Below are positions 1 through 9,844 of a stretch of 64,000 nt of DNA, one piece after another. Under the pieces are notes generated by a model. The model saw only the letters and a list, made by a program, of their open reading frames with translations, searched no databases and was not told the origin of the DNA. The stretch is from Longimicrobiales bacterium (GTDB taxonomy: Bacteria; Gemmatimonadota; Gemmatimonadetes; Longimicrobiales; Gaopeijiaceae): the NCBI GenBank assembly GCA_963664435.2, contig CAXXKM010000002.1:800001-864000 (forward strand), read 5' to 3'. Numbering within the stretch: the first letter of the stretch is position 1; the number at the start of each line of letters is the position of its first letter. The position numbers and the translations under genes are program-made.

Positions 1-1
1 C

Positions 2-2890
2 GATCCCGCCGCACCCGACCCCGCCGCCGCCGCACCGGAGCCGAACCACGCCGCCGCCGCCGCCGCACCCGCCCCCCCCCACCGGGCCCACGACGACATC
101 GACCGTTTCGTGCTCGCGAAGCTCGAGGAACAAGGACTCGAGCCGCTCGCGGCCGCCGATCGCCGACAGCTCCTCCGGCGCGCCACCTTCGACCTGACCG
201 GCCTGCCCCCGACTCCCGATGAGGCCGACGCCTTCGTCAACGACACCTCGCCGGACGCCTTCGAGAAGGTCGTCGAGCGGCTGCTGACCTCCCCCCACTA
301 CGGCGAGCGCTGGGGGCGGCACTGGCTCGACGTGGCCCGCTTCGGCGAAGACGACACCCGCGGGCTGGCGCCGGGCGGTTCGGGACGCGAGCGGTATCCC
401 AACGCCTACATCCAGCGGGACTGGGTGGTGGAGGCCTTCAACCGCGACATGCCCTACGACCTCTTCGTCAGGGCGCAGATCGCCGGGGACCTGCTGGAGG
501 AGGCCGAACGCGAGCGCGCCATCCCCGCCCTGGGCTTCCTGGGCGGCGGCCCCTGGTACTACGACATCGCCGATCCCGCGGTGGCGCGCGCGGACGAGAG
601 GCACGACCGCGTCGACGTGACCACGCGCGGCTTCCTGGGCCTCACCGTGGGTTGCGCCCGCTGCCACGACCACAAGTACGACCCGATCGGCACGCACGAC
701 TACTACGCGCTCGCCGGCATCTTCAACAATGCCAACTATCACGAGTATCCGATCGCGGAAGAGGACGAAGCCGAGGCCTACGAGAAGGAAAAGGAGTTCA
801 TCGACGGCCTCAGAAAGAGCCTGAACGAGTACCTGAGCACCGAGGGCGACCAGCTGGCACGCGTCCTCTCGCTCCAGGTGTCGCGCTACATGATGGCCGC
901 GTGGCAGGTCACCGGCAGGCCGCAGCTTCCGCCCGAGCAGGCCGCGTCGCAGGCCAAGGTCGACCTCGAAACGCTGCAGCGCTGGATCCGCTTCCTGGGC
1001 AAGGAGCCGAAGCACTACCCGTACCTCATCGACTGGCAGGAGATGATCGCGCGCGGGGACGCCGAGGAGGAGGAAGCCCGGGGGCTGGCCGACGCCTTCC
1101 AGCGCCTGGTGCTCGAGGTGGTCGCGGAGCAGGAGAAGCTGGAGGAGCGCAACAGCCGCATCATCGCCAAGGGCACGCCGCTCGAGGAAGTGAAGTCGAC
1201 GCCGATGCCCAACGGCTTCGAGAGCTTCTTCGACCAGCACCAGCTCGAGCTCGAGACCATGGAGCGGGAGCGCTTCAACCTCTACTCGGACATCTTCCGC
1301 AGCGACCTCGACAACGAGCTGGACACCTTCTTCCCGGCGCCGGGGCTGTTCCGGTTCCGCGGATGGGGGCTGGAGCGGCAGCTCGGGCGCGTGGCGATGG
1401 ACCACATCTCGGCCATGCGCGAGCGCATCGAGGAACTGGAGGAGGAACTCCCGGACCTGCCCTTCGCGATGGGCGTGGCCGACAAGGAGCCCGAGGACCT
1501 GACCGACATCGCGCTGCACATCCGCGGCAGCCCCACGAACCTGGGCGAAGCGGTGCCACGCGGCTTTCTGACCGTGCTGGACGAGGAGGGCGCCGAGCCG
1601 TACACGGAGGGAAGCGGACGCCTGCAGCTCGCCGAGGCCATCGCCGGGCACCCGATCACCGCGCGCGTCATCGTGAACCGCGTCTGGCGCTGGCACATGG
1701 GCACGGGCATCGTCGACACCCCCAGCAACTTCGGGACGATGGGCGAGCGGCCCACGAACCCCGAGCTGCTCGAGTATCTGGCTTCGCGCTTCGTCGAAGG
1801 CGGGATGTCGATCAAGCAGCTGCACCGCGACATCATGCTGTCAGCGACCTATCAGCGCGCGAGCGGCCAGCACGCGGGCAACGAGGAGATCGACGGGGCG
1901 AACCGCTACTACTGGCGCGCGGACCGGCGCCGGCTCGACGCGGAGAGCATCCGCGACGCAATCCTCTACGTGTCCGGCGATCTGGACGCGACGGTGGGAG
2001 GCCCCTCGAAGAGCCTGCGCGACGAGGAGAACAACCGCCGCACCATCTACGGCGAGGTGAGCCGCTTCCAGGTCGACGAGTTCCTGCAGACCTTCGACTT
2101 CCCGAACCCGAGCCTGTCCGCCGAGCGCCGCTACACCACCAACGTGCCGGGCCAGAGCCTGTATTTCATGAACAGCCCCTTCGTGCGCAGGCAGGCGGAG
2201 CTGTTCGTGAAGAGGCTGCTGGAGGAGACGGCTGCGGAGGAATTGGTTGCGGAGGATGGCGGGGACGGAAGCGGTGGCGTCGGCACCGGGAACGGAACAG
2301 GCGGCAATGGGAACGGAGCAGGCGGCACCGGGAACGGAGCAGGCGGCACCGGGAACGGAGCAGGCGGCAATGGCGGTTCAGCCAACGGGCTGGCTGGTGT
2401 CGGCAACGGAAACGGGGACCACGACAACGGCGCTGCAGAGGACGCCGTGACCGACGGTATCTCCGTCGTTTTCCGCAATCGAGAGATGATCGAGGCCGCA
2501 TATCCACTGCTCTACGCACGGGACGTTACCGAGGCCGAGATCGCGGCGGGCCTGGAGTTCCTGGAGGAACGCCGTGCCGCGTTCCTGGCGGAAGAGCTGG
2601 CGAAACTCGAAGATGAGTCCGGGGATGAAGCTGAAGCGGATGCCTCGGCGGAGGATGCGAGGGCTGCGGAGGATGTGAGGGCTGCGGAGGATGCGAGCGC
2701 TGGAGCGGAGGATGCGAGCGCTGGAGAGGAGGCGAGCGCTGAAGGGGATGCGAGGGCTGGAGAGGATGACGCCGCCGAGGAGGGCGCGGACCCCGAACCC
2801 GACACACCCGAGTACCGAGCCTCCATGCAGGCGTGGGTCCAGTACGCGCGCGCCCTGTTCAGCGTCGCGGAATTCAGGTTTGTGGACTGA
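2..2890 (+). CDS. PSD1/DUF1549-DUF1553 (planctomycete cytochrome c-associated) protein, 5'-truncated by window edge
   Basis: Motifs LLRRATFDLTGLPPT, YGERWGRHWLDVARF, CARCHDHKYDP, ARVIVNRVW, RRLDAESIRD; the frame is open to the window start. Confidence 0.9.
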   Translation, partial: DPAAPDPAAAAPEPNHAAAAAAPAPPHRAHDDIDRFVLAKLEEQGLEPLAAADRRQLLRRATFDLTGLPPTPDEADAFVNDTSPDAFEKVVERLLTSPHYGERWGRHWLDVARFGEDDTRGLAPGGSGRERYPNAYIQRDWVVEAFNRDMPYDLFVRAQIAGDLLEEAERERAIPALGFLGGGPWYYDIADPAVARADERHDRVDVTTRGFLGLTVGCARCHDHKYDPIGTHDYYALAGIFNNANYHEYPIAEEDEAEAYEKEKEFIDGLRKSLNEYLSTEGDQLARVLSLQVSRYMMAAWQVTGRPQLPPEQAASQAKVDLETLQRWIRFLGKEPKHYPYLIDWQEMIARGDAEEEEARGLADAFQRLVLEVVAEQEKLEERNSRIIAKGTPLEEVKSTPMPNGFESFFDQHQLELETMERERFNLYSDIFRSDLDNELDTFFPAPGLFRFRGWGLERQLGRVAMDHISAMRERIEELEEELPDLPFAMGVADKEPEDLTDIALHIRGSPTNLGEAVPRGFLTVLDEEGAEPYTEGSGRLQLAEAIAGHPITARVIVNRVWRWHMGTGIVDTPSNFGTMGERPTNPELLEYLASRFVEGGMSIKQLHRDIMLSATYQRASGQHAGNEEIDGANRYYWRADRRRLDAESIRDAILYVSGDLDATVGGPSKSLRDEENNRRTIYGEVSRFQVDEFLQTFDFPNPSLSAERRYTTNVPGQSLYFMNSPFVRRQAELFVKRLLEETAAEELVAEDGGDGSGGVGTGNGTGGNGNGAGGTGNGAGGTGNGAGGNGGSANGLAGVGNGNGDHDNGAAEDAVTDGISVVFRNREMIEAAYPLLYARDVTEAEIAAGLEFLEERRAAFLAEELAKLEDESGDEAEADASAEDARAAEDVRAAEDASAGAEDASAGEEASAEGDARAGEDDAAEEGADPEPDTPEYRASMQAWVQYARALFSVAEFRFVD
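2280..2420 (+). repeat. In-frame Gly/Asn-rich tandem repeat (~21-bp units, GGTGNGA)
   Basis: ggcggcaccgggaacggagca units repeated with variants. Confidence 0.85.
2640..2775 (+). repeat. In-frame Ala/Glu/Asp-rich tandem repeat (18-21 bp units, AEDARA/AEDASAG)
   Basis: gcggaggatgcgag units repeated. Confidence 0.8.
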
Positions 2891-2927
2891 CAGGTTTGTG
2901 GACTGATAAGGCAGGTATGTGGACTGA
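2879..2927 (+). repeat. Triplicated stop-codon segment TGTGGACTGA
   Basis: tgtggactga occurs three times between the PSD1 stop and the DUF1501 start. Confidence 0.8.
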
Positions 2928-4414
2928 TGTCTGACAACCATCACGGTGACCATCAGGGCTGCGGCATGATCCACGGGGAGCCGCGCACGCGGCGCGAGGC
3001 CCTGAAGACCATGGGCGCGGGCTTCGGCATGATGGCGTTCGCGAGCCTGGTGGGGACGTCGATGCTTGAGGCCTCCAGCGGGCTCGTGTCGCCGGTGGGC
3101 ACGCCGCTGCCCAGGCCCGATTTCGAGCCGCGCGCGAAGAACGTCATCTTCCTGTTCATGAACGGGGGCGTCTCGCAGGTCGACACCTTCGATCCCAAGC
3201 CGGAGCTCGAGAAGTATCACGGGCAGCCGCTGCCCACCGGCGAGATCAAGACCGAGCGGCGCACCGGCGCGCTCATGAAGTCGCCCTTCAGCTTCAAGCG
3301 CTACGGGGAGTCGGGGATCGCCGTCAGCGAGCTCTTCCCGCACGTGGGCGAGTGCGCGGACGACATCTGCGTGATCCGCTCGATGCACACCGAGATCCCG
3401 AATCACGAGCCCTCGCTGCTCATGATGAACACGGGGCACATCCAGCCGGGCCGGCCTTCGCTGGGCTCGTGGCTCACGTACGGGCTGGGGACCGAGAACC
3501 GGAACCTGCCCGGATTCGTGGTGCTTTGCCCGGATCAGCCCACCGTCGTGGGCCCGCCGCTGTGGAGCAACGCCTTCCTCCCGCCCATCCACCAGGGCAC
3601 CTACATCTCCGACAAGGTGCCGAGGATCGAGGACGACTTCGACCCGGAGCGCCTCATCCCCAACATCCGCGGCGAGGACATGAACGGCGACGGCCAGCGC
3701 CGCGAGGTGGACCTGATCGAGAAGCTGAACCGGCTGCACATGCAGCGCCTGGAGGAGGAGGATCCGCAGATCGAGGGCGCGATCCAGGTGATGGAGACCG
3801 CCTACCGCATGCAGACCGAGGCCCCGGACGTGTTCGACATCCGCGGCGAAAGCGAGGCGACCCAGAAGCTGTACGGCCCGGGGAGCACCGCGCGCGGCTG
3901 CCTGATGGCGGTGCGGCTGGTCGAACGGGGCGTGCGCATCGTCCAGGTCTACTACGCGAAGGGCGATCCCTGGGATGCCCACACCGACATCTTCCAGCAC
4001 CGCAAGAACGCCCGCGACTCCGACCAGCCCTTCGCCGCCGTGATCAAGGACCTCAAGTCACGGGGCCTCTTCGACGAGACCCTGGTGGTGTGCGGCACCG
4101 AGTTCGGACGCACGCCCGTGCTTGAGACGGGGGGCGGGGGCGCCGGAGGCCGCGTGGTCAACGGCCGCGACCACAACCCGTTCGGCTTCAGCATCTGGCT
4201 CGCCGGCGGGGGCATAAAGGGCGGCATGACCTACGGCGCCACCGACGACTTCGGCTTCAAGGCCGTCGAGAACCCGGTCCACATCCACGACCTGCACGCG
4301 ACCATCCTCTACCTGATGGGCATCGACCACGAGAAGCTGACCTACAACTACAGCGGTCGTGATTTTCGGCTGACGGACGTGGCCGGCGAGGTGATCCACG
4401 ACATTATCGCGTGA
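2927..4414 (+). CDS. DUF1501 domain protein (sulfatase-like, Tat-type N-terminus)
   Basis: TRREAL N-terminus, AKNVIFLFMNGGVSQVDTFDPKP, EFGRTP, GRDHNP, HDLHATIL; canonical partner of DUF1553. Confidence 0.92.
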   Translation: MSDNHHGDHQGCGMIHGEPRTRREALKTMGAGFGMMAFASLVGTSMLEASSGLVSPVGTPLPRPDFEPRAKNVIFLFMNGGVSQVDTFDPKPELEKYHGQPLPTGEIKTERRTGALMKSPFSFKRYGESGIAVSELFPHVGECADDICVIRSMHTEIPNHEPSLLMMNTGHIQPGRPSLGSWLTYGLGTENRNLPGFVVLCPDQPTVVGPPLWSNAFLPPIHQGTYISDKVPRIEDDFDPERLIPNIRGEDMNGDGQRREVDLIEKLNRLHMQRLEEEDPQIEGAIQVMETAYRMQTEAPDVFDIRGESEATQKLYGPGSTARGCLMAVRLVERGVRIVQVYYAKGDPWDAHTDIFQHRKNARDSDQPFAAVIKDLKSRGLFDETLVVCGTEFGRTPVLETGGGGAGGRVVNGRDHNPFGFSIWLAGGGIKGGMTYGATDDFGFKAVENPVHIHDLHATILYLMGIDHEKLTYNYSGRDFRLTDVAGEVIHDIIA

Positions 4415-4432
4415 ACGGGGAGCCCTGATCGC

Positions 4433-4825
4433 GTGACCAGGAACTTCCTGCTGGCAACGGGCGCGGGCGCGGTCACGCTCTTCGTTGTGGGCGGCGTCTT
4501 CTACGGGTTCCTGGAAGACTTCTTCGCCAACGAGGTTTCGAGGGCGATGCCCGTCTGGTGGGCGCTGGGCCTGGCCGAACTCCTGTACGCGGCGGTCCTC
4601 ACCCTCGTGCTGAGTTGGAGGGGTGTCATCAGCGGCTGGGAGGGGTTCCAGGCCGGGGCCGTGTTCGGGGCTCTGCTGGGCCTGGGCATGGCGCTGATGG
4701 GCTACGCCACGCTGGACGACGTTCAGACACTCGCCACGGTCGGCGGGCACACCCTGATCGGGGTTGTCAACAACGGGTCGGCGGGGGCGCTGATTGCGGT
4801 GGTGCTGAACAGGGGCGGGGGCTGA
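4433..4825 (+). CDS. Small 4-TM membrane protein
   Basis: Four hydrophobic segments, RBS gggag upstream. Confidence 0.7.
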   Translation: MTRNFLLATGAGAVTLFVVGGVFYGFLEDFFANEVSRAMPVWWALGLAELLYAAVLTLVLSWRGVISGWEGFQAGAVFGALLGLGMALMGYATLDDVQTLATVGGHTLIGVVNNGSAGALIAVVLNRGGG

Positions 4826-4873
4826 GGCCATCACCTGAAACGGCGGTCCCCGACTGCCGGCAGCCCGCAGTCG

Positions 4874-5502
4874 TTATCCGGCAATCGGGATGCGAACGGA
4901 TCCGACGAGCGAGATGGTCCGGTTCCGGCCCTCCGGTGCCTCGTCGCTGGCGAAGATCTCGGTCAATCCCTCGGTGAACAGCACCGTGACGCCGAGGGGG
5001 CCGACGATGTAGCCGGCCCCCGCGGTGATCCCGATATCGGTGTTCGTGTCGATACGCATATCGTCGCAGCTCTGCTCCCTCGACAGGTCGACCCCCTCGA
5101 CCGAGACGTCGATGGCCACGTTGCATCGCCTGTCCCGCGCAACGCTCGCGCCGGCGAGGAAATGGAAGTCGCCGCCGATCTCGAGCAGACCGCGCAGCAC
5201 GAGATAGTCGATCTCGATGTTCACCTGACCGGTCGCATCGCCTTCGCTGAGCTCCGCCCCGGCGCCCTTCTCGATGTAGCCGGCTTCCACCCGCAGGCCG
5301 ATCAGGTCGATCACCCGCAGGGAGAATCCCCCCCCGCGGCATTCCGTCCGATGCGGCTCTCCGTGGCCTCCTCATCCGTCGCGAGGCCCATGGTCGCTCC
5401 GGCTCCCAGGATCAGATCGGAGGTTCTCTGCTGTGCGTGGGTGTCGGCGGCAGCGATCACCAGCAGGAATGCGCAGAGAACCGGTGCGAGCGGCTGGCGC
5501 AT
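4874..5502 (-). pseudogene. Outer-membrane beta-barrel/porin-like protein split by a frameshift in a G8 tract (5328-5335)
   Basis: Signal-peptide ORF 5311-5502 and barrel-like ORF 4874-5314 join in frame if the G8 run is G9 or G6. Confidence 0.65.
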
Positions 5503-5557
5503 GATGGGGGCTCCCTTCTCGGGGGGTCAGTGGCAGCGGCTGACCGCCGGCGATGGC

Positions 5558-5941
5558 CTACCCCGACGATGAACCGAGCTCGACATGCACGCTGTACCAG
5601 TCGAAACTCTGACCGGAAGCGTCCAGCGTGACAGACTGCTTCGCCCCGGCCGCGAGGTCAACCCTGGGCGTCGGACCGAGTTCGGTTCCGTTGGAGAGGT
5701 GGATTTCAACGCGCACGGCAGTGACCGTCGCGCTGGTCGTGTTGGTTACGGTGCCGCTGAACCGCCGGCCTGATGCATCGTAGCTGATGACCAGGTCCAC
5801 GCCGCTGCGGGTATCGGTCGCGGTCTCGTCGGCGTTCCAACGCGTACCCGACTCGCCCGGTTCGGTGGGGCTGTCGACGCAGGCGGCCACCATGGCCAGG
5901 AGGGCCAGGGTCGCTGCACGGGATGCTGTATGTCTAGTCAT
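5558..5941 (-). CDS. Lipoprotein with FxLYD-like Ig-fold domain
   Basis: Lipobox VAAC; VTNTT..VRVEIHLSNGTELGPT paralogous to the 7581-8357 protein. Confidence 0.7.
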   Translation of the reverse strand: MTRHTASRAATLALLAMVAACVDSPTEPGESGTRWNADETATDTRSGVDLVISYDASGRRFSGTVTNTTSATVTAVRVEIHLSNGTELGPTPRVDLAAGAKQSVTLDASGQSFDWYSVHVELGSSSG

Positions 5942-7097
5942 GAGTCTCTCCTTCATTGTTGTCGTTGTCGTTGTCGTGCTCGAGGCTCGTGGGAGACCTG
6001 TGCTCCCGCGGCTGCTCGTGTTCCCCCTGTCGCGCGCCCTCGACGGCGCGCTGGTCCTCGTGGGGCCCTTCCGGTTCGGGTGCCACCGCCGGGGCGAACA
6101 ACGGGGCGAGAACCAGAACGCCCACCGCGCTCATGCGGCGCCAGGGGGACGATGGCGCCTGGGGTGAACCCTGTCCGGACATGAGCCTCCGAACGCGCTG
6201 CTCCAGCTGTGAGCGATGCCTGCCGATGCACGGAACCGGAGTGCGCCGGTCCCTGCCGATCACCCATCCGGCCACCTCGGTCAGGCAGCTCGCCATCGCG
6301 AAACGGTCATCGACCTGACTGGCGGCCCAGTCGTCGCACAGCTCCTCGGCGGCGCATCGAATCTCGCGCGCGGCAAGCCGGAAAAGCGGCTGGAAGAAGA
6401 AGACGGCCTGGAAGACGTTCAGAACCGCCAACCGGATCGGGTCTCCGCGCAGATGGTGCGCGACTTCGTGACCGAGAAGCGCACGGAGCTCTTCTTCGTC
6501 CAGTTCATGGAGTGCGCGCACGGGGACGCAGATCTCGCGACCTGTCCCAACGCCCAGGGCAATGGCCGAGCCCAGGTCGTCGCTCTCGGTCAGACGAGGC
6601 ACCGGTGCCAGGGACGCCCTGCGGCTGAGCGATGCCAGCGCGCCCGAGGCCCGCGGGTCCGCTACCGGCTCACGCTCGCCGAGTCGGCGCCGCAGCTTCC
6701 CCAACCGCAGGATGTAGAGGGCGAGCAAGCCCCCGGCGAACACGACCCACAGCGTGCCGGCAGAGTCCAACCAGCCCGCAGGAAGCGCAATCGCGGGGCT
6801 GTGGGCTTCTTCGCCCGATGGCGAGAAGACGGAGGCCACGCCGTCCCGATGGCCTGGTTCGCCCTGGGCGTGGCGCTCCTCGCCGGCGATGAGGTTGGGC
6901 ACGGGGAGCCGCCAGACGGCAGAGCCAGACGAGGTCACGGAGTGGACCGTCGGAGTGATCAGGCTGGCGGCGAGCACCGTGTGCCAGATTGTTTCCCGCA
7001 GGCGCGCATGCGCCCCGGGGAAGAGACGCAGGCCCAGCCAGGCAACGCCGCACCACAGAGTGCTGTGGACCAGGAAAGTGAAAAGCCACGCCGTCAT
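5934..7097 (-). CDS. M56 family (BlaR1/MecR1-like) membrane metallopeptidase
   Basis: HEVAHHLRGD zinc motif, EELCDDWA, LEQRVRRLM; follows blaI. Confidence 0.9.
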   Translation of the reverse strand: MTAWLFTFLVHSTLWCGVAWLGLRLFPGAHARLRETIWHTVLAASLITPTVHSVTSSGSAVWRLPVPNLIAGEERHAQGEPGHRDGVASVFSPSGEEAHSPAIALPAGWLDSAGTLWVVFAGGLLALYILRLGKLRRRLGEREPVADPRASGALASLSRRASLAPVPRLTESDDLGSAIALGVGTGREICVPVRALHELDEEELRALLGHEVAHHLRGDPIRLAVLNVFQAVFFFQPLFRLAAREIRCAAEELCDDWAASQVDDRFAMASCLTEVAGWVIGRDRRTPVPCIGRHRSQLEQRVRRLMSGQGSPQAPSSPWRRMSAVGVLVLAPLFAPAVAPEPEGPHEDQRAVEGARQGEHEQPREHRSPTSLEHDNDNDNNEGETHD

Positions 7098-7495
7098 TTG
7101 GATTCCCCCTTCCGGTCCCCTTTCCGCCTGCTGGACACGATCGTCTTGAGGCCCTCCAGGTTGTCCGGGTCGATCTCGCCGGATCGGACCAGGTGGTTGA
7201 CCAATGCCGTGCTGTCACCGGAGAACAACCGCGTCACCAGGCTGGCCACCATCGTCTTGCGGACATCCGCCTCGGCGATCGCGGGCCGGTAGATGAACTG
7301 TCGTCCGGTCGTTCGGTGCTCCACGCATCCGTACTCCTCCAGCTTGCGCAGCATCGTCTTGATGGTCGTGACGGCGAGGCGCCGCTCTTCAAAGAGCGCC
7401 TTGTGAACCTCGATGGCCGGGGCCTCGCCGCGCTCCCAGAGCACGCGCATGATGGCGAGTTGCAGGTCTCCCAGTTGCCGCTTCCGCTTCATCAC
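7094..7495 (-). CDS. BlaI/MecI/CopY family repressor
   Basis: LGDLQLAIMRVLW, TTIKTMLRKL, FIYRP, LFSGD..ALVNHLV. Confidence 0.93.
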   Translation of the reverse strand: MMKRKRQLGDLQLAIMRVLWERGEAPAIEVHKALFEERRLAVTTIKTMLRKLEEYGCVEHRTTGRQFIYRPAIAEADVRKTMVASLVTRLFSGDSTALVNHLVRSGEIDPDNLEGLKTIVSSRRKGDRKGESK

Positions 7496-7523
7496 AGGGC
7501 TCTCCGTCGATATGACCGGGGAC

Positions 7524-7554
7524 GATTACTCGGGTGGTTACTACCGGAGTAGTC
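7524..7554. promoter_or_regulatory. Tandem BlaI-type operator upstream of blaI
   Basis: GATTAC-tcgg-GTGGTT next to palindromic ACTAC-cgga-GTAGT. Confidence 0.7.
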
Positions 7555-7580
7555 ACTCACGGGTTCCTCCAACCGCTCCC

Positions 7581-8357
7581 TTACCTGGACCTGGCCGCGA
7601 GGGCGACCTCAAACGCACGCATCTCGCCACGCAGGATCTGGAGCTGGTTGTACACCGGCCGGAAGGCGGCGCCGCGCGGGCGGGCGGTCTCGCCACCTCC
7701 GTGTTCGCCGGGCCCTTCGCGTCCGCCATGCTCGTTGGCGCCTTCGCCGCGCTCTTCGCCCCCTTCTGCTCCGCCCTCTCCCTCACCTTCCTCCCCGCCT
7801 GCGCCGTGCCCCGCCTCGACGCCGGCTTCGGGGTGACTGACCCACTCGCTGAAGTCGTTCCCGAAGGCTCCCAGTTCGACGGGCACGGTCTCGCCGGGAC
7901 CGACATCGATGCGCCTCGTCGGGCCGAGTTCCGTGCCGTTGTCCAGGTGGACCTCCACGCGCACCTGCGCGAGAGGCCGTGCGGTGCTGTTCGTCACCGA
8001 GCCGACGAAGACCTGCGTCGCCGGGTCGAACTGCAGAACCAGACGAGCCCCGTTCGCGAAGAGCTTGTCCAGCTTCGTCATCTTCGACAGATACGCACCC
8101 TCGCCACCCTCGTTGCTCACGCGCCGCGCTCGTTGCGGGTCGCGGTAAACGGAGAGCCCCGCCCTCGCGCGCATCTCGCGGAGGTCGGCACGGGCCTGCT
8201 TCACGAGATCGTAGAGGTTGTCCGCATTCGCACGCTCCTGCGCCGGCTGTTGCTCTTGCAAGCCGGGTGCCGGAGCTTTCTCGCCGTCCACGTGCGCGGA
8301 CAGGCCGGCCCCGGCCATGCCGAGAACCATCAGGGACATCAGTGTGATCTTCATCAT
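7581..8357 (-). CDS. Secreted protein with FxLYD-like domain and Gly/Glu/His-rich linker
   Basis: Signal peptide; VRVEVHLDNGTELGPT; GEGEGGAEGGEE..EHGG. Confidence 0.7.
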   Translation of the reverse strand: MMKITLMSLMVLGMAGAGLSAHVDGEKAPAPGLQEQQPAQERANADNLYDLVKQARADLREMRARAGLSVYRDPQRARRVSNEGGEGAYLSKMTKLDKLFANGARLVLQFDPATQVFVGSVTNSTARPLAQVRVEVHLDNGTELGPTRRIDVGPGETVPVELGAFGNDFSEWVSHPEAGVEAGHGAGGEEGEGEGGAEGGEERGEGANEHGGREGPGEHGGGETARPRGAAFRPVYNQLQILRGEMRAFEVALAARSR

Positions 8358-8410
8358 CGGTCTCCTCCGGAGTTGGGTAGCGACCCCGGGGCGACACCCG
8401 CCGCCGGTCC

Positions 8411-8442
8411 GACTACCGCACTAGTTGACGACCGTAGTAGTC
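8411..8442. promoter_or_regulatory. Second tandem BlaI-type operator
   Basis: GACTAC-cgca-CTAGTT directly followed by GACGAC-cgta-GTAGTC. Confidence 0.7.
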
Positions 8443-8627
8443 ACCACGGGGCGCGAAGGTTCCTCGATGGAGAAGGGTCAACCGGGTTACGAGGGTTCCG
8501 CGATGGGAAGGGTTACCGGGTTACGGAGGTGCAAGTCCGTGCGAAGCATGACTTGCTGACGTGAGAGCCGCCTCTCATCTTGGGAGCGCGCACAATAGTT
8601 GTCCGGCACGTGACGAGGAGACAAGGC

Positions 8628-9011
8628 ATGTCAGGGTGGTTCGGCGAGTGGTGGCCGCTGTTGGCAACGCTCCTGATCCTGGTCGTCGGTTTGAGTTGGC
8701 TGGTCCTTCGACTGGCCGGAAGCTCACACTCCGGCCGCAGGACCGCATTCGAGACGGTCTTCCGGAAGGGGATGGTGCAGCCGATCATCACCCACATCAT
8801 GGCGTGGACTTTCGCCCTGATGGCCTCCAGCCTGATCATCTTCTTTCTCTATGTGAGAGAATTTGACCGGGCCGAAGACGTTTTCTCCTACGTCGTCGCC
8901 GTGATCGGCCCCATAATCGGGTTCTGGTTCGGATCCAGAGGTCGAGAGGGCGGCACGGAGACCGGTGAGACCGGTGGCACGACGGAGAACCGCGGTCCCT
9001 CGCAGCCATAG
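8628..9011 (+). CDS. Hypothetical 3-TM membrane protein
   Basis: RBS gaggag; hydrophobic helices; GPIIGFWFGS motif. Confidence 0.6.
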   Translation: MSGWFGEWWPLLATLLILVVGLSWLVLRLAGSSHSGRRTAFETVFRKGMVQPIITHIMAWTFALMASSLIIFFLYVREFDRAEDVFSYVVAVIGPIIGFWFGSRGREGGTETGETGGTTENRGPSQP

Positions 9012-9037
9012 GCTGAGTGACGGCGCGTCCGAAGCGG

Positions 9038-9724
9038 CTACCGCGTCTGGAACATGATGGGAAGCGAGATCCACACCGGGACCACCTTGTCCAGGTTGAG
9101 CGCCGGGGTGAACCTGAACACGGTTGCCACGCGCAACGCCGCGTCGTCGAGCGAAGCGTATCCGGAGGTCTCCGCGACGAGGGTGTTCTGAACGATCCCT
9201 TCCTCGTCGATGAAGAAGTGCACCGTCACCCTCCCGCCGATGCCGTTGTCGCGCAGGATCGGGGGATACTCCCGCTCCAGCGCACGCTCCACTTCACGTT
9301 GGTTGGTGAGGTCGGGACGGACGGTGTAGGGCGTGAACGACGGCGCCGCCGAGATGTCGACCGCCTCCTCGTCGGGAGGAGGAGGCAGCTCCTCGACCGG
9401 ATTGTCCTCGAAGGTGGTGGGCGCGATGGTGATGTCCTCGCTGATGTCGGCCGCGGCGATCACGGGGGTCGCGGGCCGGCTGATCGCCTGGGGCGGCGGG
9501 GGAATCTCGATCTCGGGCGGGAGTTCGATCGCCACGAGCTCCTCGGAGTCGAAGGAGACGTCCTCCGCGGTCATGCTCGGCCAGAACATGAACACCACGA
9601 AGTGAACCACGGTCGCGGCCAGAACCGATCCCCAGAACCAGGTGTCGAACGACTTCTTGAAGCGGTCGTTCGCCGTCTCCAGGGGCGCACCTTCCTGCAC
9701 CTGTACGGATTCGTTGTCGCTCAT
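9038..9724 (-). CDS. tonB: TonB energy transducer
   Basis: N-terminal TM, Pro-rich linker, C-terminal YPPILR..GRVTVHFFIDEEG..SGY..LDDAAL..FTPA. Confidence 0.9.
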   Translation of the reverse strand: MSDNESVQVQEGAPLETANDRFKKSFDTWFWGSVLAATVVHFVVFMFWPSMTAEDVSFDSEELVAIELPPEIEIPPPPQAISRPATPVIAAADISEDITIAPTTFEDNPVEELPPPPDEEAVDISAAPSFTPYTVRPDLTNQREVERALEREYPPILRDNGIGGRVTVHFFIDEEGIVQNTLVAETSGYASLDDAALRVATVFRFTPALNLDKVVPVWISLPIMFQTR

Positions 9725-9788
9725 CGCCTCTCCTCGTCATGCGGTCGAAGAACACCAGTTGGTACGATGGGGAGCAGAAACGGATCTG

Positions 9789-9808
9789 TCAACTAAGTTT
9801 TTAGTTGA
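9789..9808. promoter_or_regulatory. Perfect inverted repeat operator TCAACTAA-N4-TTAGTTGA
   Basis: AT-rich palindrome immediately upstream of the XRE/HipB-like gene. Confidence 0.65.
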
Positions 9809-9844
9809 TGGTGGGAAGCGACTCCTTCCCCCATCCGCGGTACG

